This document shows positions 42,901 through 44,816 of a stretch of DNA of 44,816 nt, piece after piece. The notes under the pieces are model-generated. The model saw nothing but the letters and a program-made list of their open reading frames with translations. It was not told the origin of the DNA and made no database searches. Positions within the stretch are counted from its first letter, which is position 1. Every line of letters begins with the position of its first letter. The stretch is from Pseudonocardiaceae bacterium. GTDB taxonomy: Bacteria; Actinomycetota; Actinomycetes; Mycobacteriales; Pseudonocardiaceae. The translations under genes were made by a program, and so were the position numbers. The stretch spans positions 1-44,816 of the forward strand of contig DATFDO010000196.1 of NCBI GenBank assembly GCA_035252045.1, in the 5' to 3' direction.

Positions 42901-44730
42901 TCGCAGCACATCAGGCTGCTCGCGGCATTCGATCACCGGCATGTCTTCGTCGATCCTGACCCGGACCCGGTCCGCTCGCACGCCGAGCGGCGGCGGCTAT
43001 TCGAGCTCCCCCGGTCATCCTGGGACGACTACGACCGTTCACTGATCAGCCCTGGAGGCGGGGTATGGCCCCGTGACGCCAAGCGGATTCCGGTCGGCGC
43101 GATGCGCCAAGCGCTGGGCATACCTGGGGACGTGACCGAGCTTCCCGGGCCGGAACTCGTCCGGGCGATCCTGCTGAGCCCGGCGCAGCTGTTGTTCAAC
43201 GGCGGGATCGGCACCTACATCAAGGCGAGCACCGAAACCCACGCCGAAGTGGGTGACAAATCCAACGACGCGGTCCGGGTCGATGGCGCACAGCTGCGGG
43301 TACGGGTAGTCGCCGAGGGCGGCAACCTGGGCCTGACGCAGCGCAGCCGGATCGAGTTCGCCCGGGCCGGTGGCAAGGTCAATACCGATGCCATCGACAA
43401 CTCGGCCGGCGTGGACTGCTCCGACCACGAGGTCAACATCAAGATCTTGCTCGACCGGCTGGTTGCTGCTGGCGAATTGAGTACGGCGGACCGCAATACG
43501 CTGCTGTTCGAGATGACCGACGAGGTCGCTGCACTGGTGCTGGCCCACAATTCCGGCCAGAACACCCAGCTCGGGGTCAGCCGGGCGCACGCCGCAGCCA
43601 TGACGTCGGTGCACAGCCGGCTGGTCGGCTATTTGCAGCAGCGCCATGGGTTGGATCCAGAATTGGCGGTCCTGCCGGCCGGCGCGCAGTGGGAAACCCG
43701 GACCGCCGCCGGGGAGGGGCTGACCTCGCCTGAGCTGTCCACGTTGATGGCGCACGTCAAGCTTGGATTGACCCAGGAGATCCTGGCCAGCGACCTGCCC
43801 GACGACGAGGTGTTCCGCGCCCGGCTACCGGAGTATTTTCCGGCTCCGCTGCGCGACCGGTTCGCCGCAGCGATTCGAGAACACCCGCTGCGCCGCGAGA
43901 TCACCACGACCTTGGTGGTCAACGAAGTCGTCGACCAAGCTGGGATGACCTATGCCTACCGGTTGGGTGAGGAGCTCTCGGCGGCAGCGTCGGATGCGGT
44001 ACGGGCCCACTCGGTGGCGGTTGCGGTCTTCGATCTGCCGGCAATCTGGCGGGCGATCGCCGAACTGGGTAGCGCAGCGCCGACCGCGGTCACTGACGCC
44101 ATGATGCTGGAGTCGCGCAGGCTGCTGGATCGGGCCAGCCGGTGGTTGCTGCTCAACCGGCCGCAGCCACTGGCTGTGGATGCCGAGATCAACCGGTTCC
44201 GTCCGCACGTGCTCGCGTTGGCGTCGCGGGTGCCGGAGTGGGTGTCCGGCTCAGAAGCCGACGACGTCTACGACCAGGCGCGGGCATTCACCAAGCGTGG
44301 GGTACCCGATGAGTTGGCGGTGCGGGTCAGCGCCGGACTGACCACCTTCGGGCTGCTGGACGTCATCGAAGTCGCCGGGCCGGCCGGTGACCTCGAGCGG
44401 GTTGCGCAGCTGTACTTCGCGTTGTCGGCGCATCTGGACATCGCCCGGATGCTGCGCCTGATCACTGAACTGGAACGCGGCGACCGCTGGCATGGGCTTG
44501 CTCGCCTGGCGTTGCGAGATGACCTGTATGCGTCGCTGCGTAAGGTCACGCGGGACGCGGCTCGCAGTGGGGATTCTGGCGCCGATCCGGTGACGACTAT
44601 CGCGCAGTGGGAACAGCGCAACGCCTCGCGGCTGTCGCGGGCCAGGGCGACTTTCACCGAACTTTCCCACGTCGGCAACGTCGACCTGGCGACCTTGTCA
44701 GTCGCAGTGCGCGCGCTGAGGCGTTTGTGA
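39925..44730 (+). CDS. gdh: large NAD-specific glutamate dehydrogenase (about 180 kDa Bac_GDH family)
   Basis: 1601 aa from the GTG at 39925 (SD GAAGGGGG 4 nt upstream). The catalytic core is ..[43 protein letters not shown].. and ..[28 protein letters not shown].. The upstream 203 codons of the track ORF cross an AT-rich, non-coding-looking region. Confidence 0.9.
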   Translation: [1601 protein letters not shown]

Positions 44731-44816
44731 CGTGACCATTGAGCCGGCGCGGGTCTGGCGGGTCCGGCAACCGGGCCCGATGGCTACCTGCCCGGTGCAC
44801 CGGGCGACGGAACAGC

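Noticed and set aside
44732-44816. Possible GTG start of a further gene right after the gdh stop.
   Set aside because: Only about 28 codons are visible, which is not enough to support a call.

Overview
High-GC actinobacterial chromosomal segment; the gene content looks Mycobacterium- or Pseudonocardiales-like. No rRNA, tRNA or CRISPR array was found.

(1) 1-10.7 kb: a divergent AraC-family regulator, then a tightly coupled operon for a Tat-less, Huc-like (group 2a-type) [NiFe]-hydrogenase. It encodes the small and large subunits, the maturation endopeptidase, a 91-aa ORF, a TPR-like protein, a 119-aa ORF, a NifU-Rieske fusion, a six-bladed NHL propeller and HypC. The last gene fuses a hydrogenase-cluster domain to a MarR winged helix and is followed by a tandem MarR paralogue. 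No hypA/B/D/E/F genes and no obvious HucM-like subunit are present in the window.

(2) 11.1-16.6 kb: a decay and mobile-DNA zone. It holds an intact SufE-like gene next to a rhodanese gene broken by a single-base frameshift, an integrase-type transposase remnant and glycosyltransferase-like remnants. It also holds an intact 1674-bp IS1380-family element with perfect 15-bp terminal inverted repeats and a 5-bp target duplication, inserted in a serine-recombinase remnant.

(3) 16.6-21.4 kb: an aldehyde dehydrogenase, an Lrp/AsnC regulator and an orphan AceE-type E1 enzyme.

(4) 21.4-24.0 kb: a gene-poor island with lower-GC patches. It contains a frameshifted Toprim/DUF2399-like remnant, a near-consensus promoter plus a weak terminator (candidate small RNA), and an 87-codon ORF with a strong Shine-Dalgarno site. 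That ORF encodes a leader-like N-terminus plus a Gly/Asn-rich two-Cys core and is followed by three stem-loops.

(5) 24.0-44.8 kb: mostly housekeeping genes. These are ppsA, a lipoprotein with a Pro-rich 21-bp tandem repeat and a sortase-like domain, a LuxR-ABC exporter-GNAT operon, a cupin, a family-5 peptide/nickel-type ABC importer with a fused double ATPase, a thiolase and the large NAD-glutamate dehydrogenase.

The long housekeeping genes are intact, so the frameshifts cluster in accessory regions rather than looking like general sequence error. All calls come from reading the sequence and from remembered family motifs. No database search was run.
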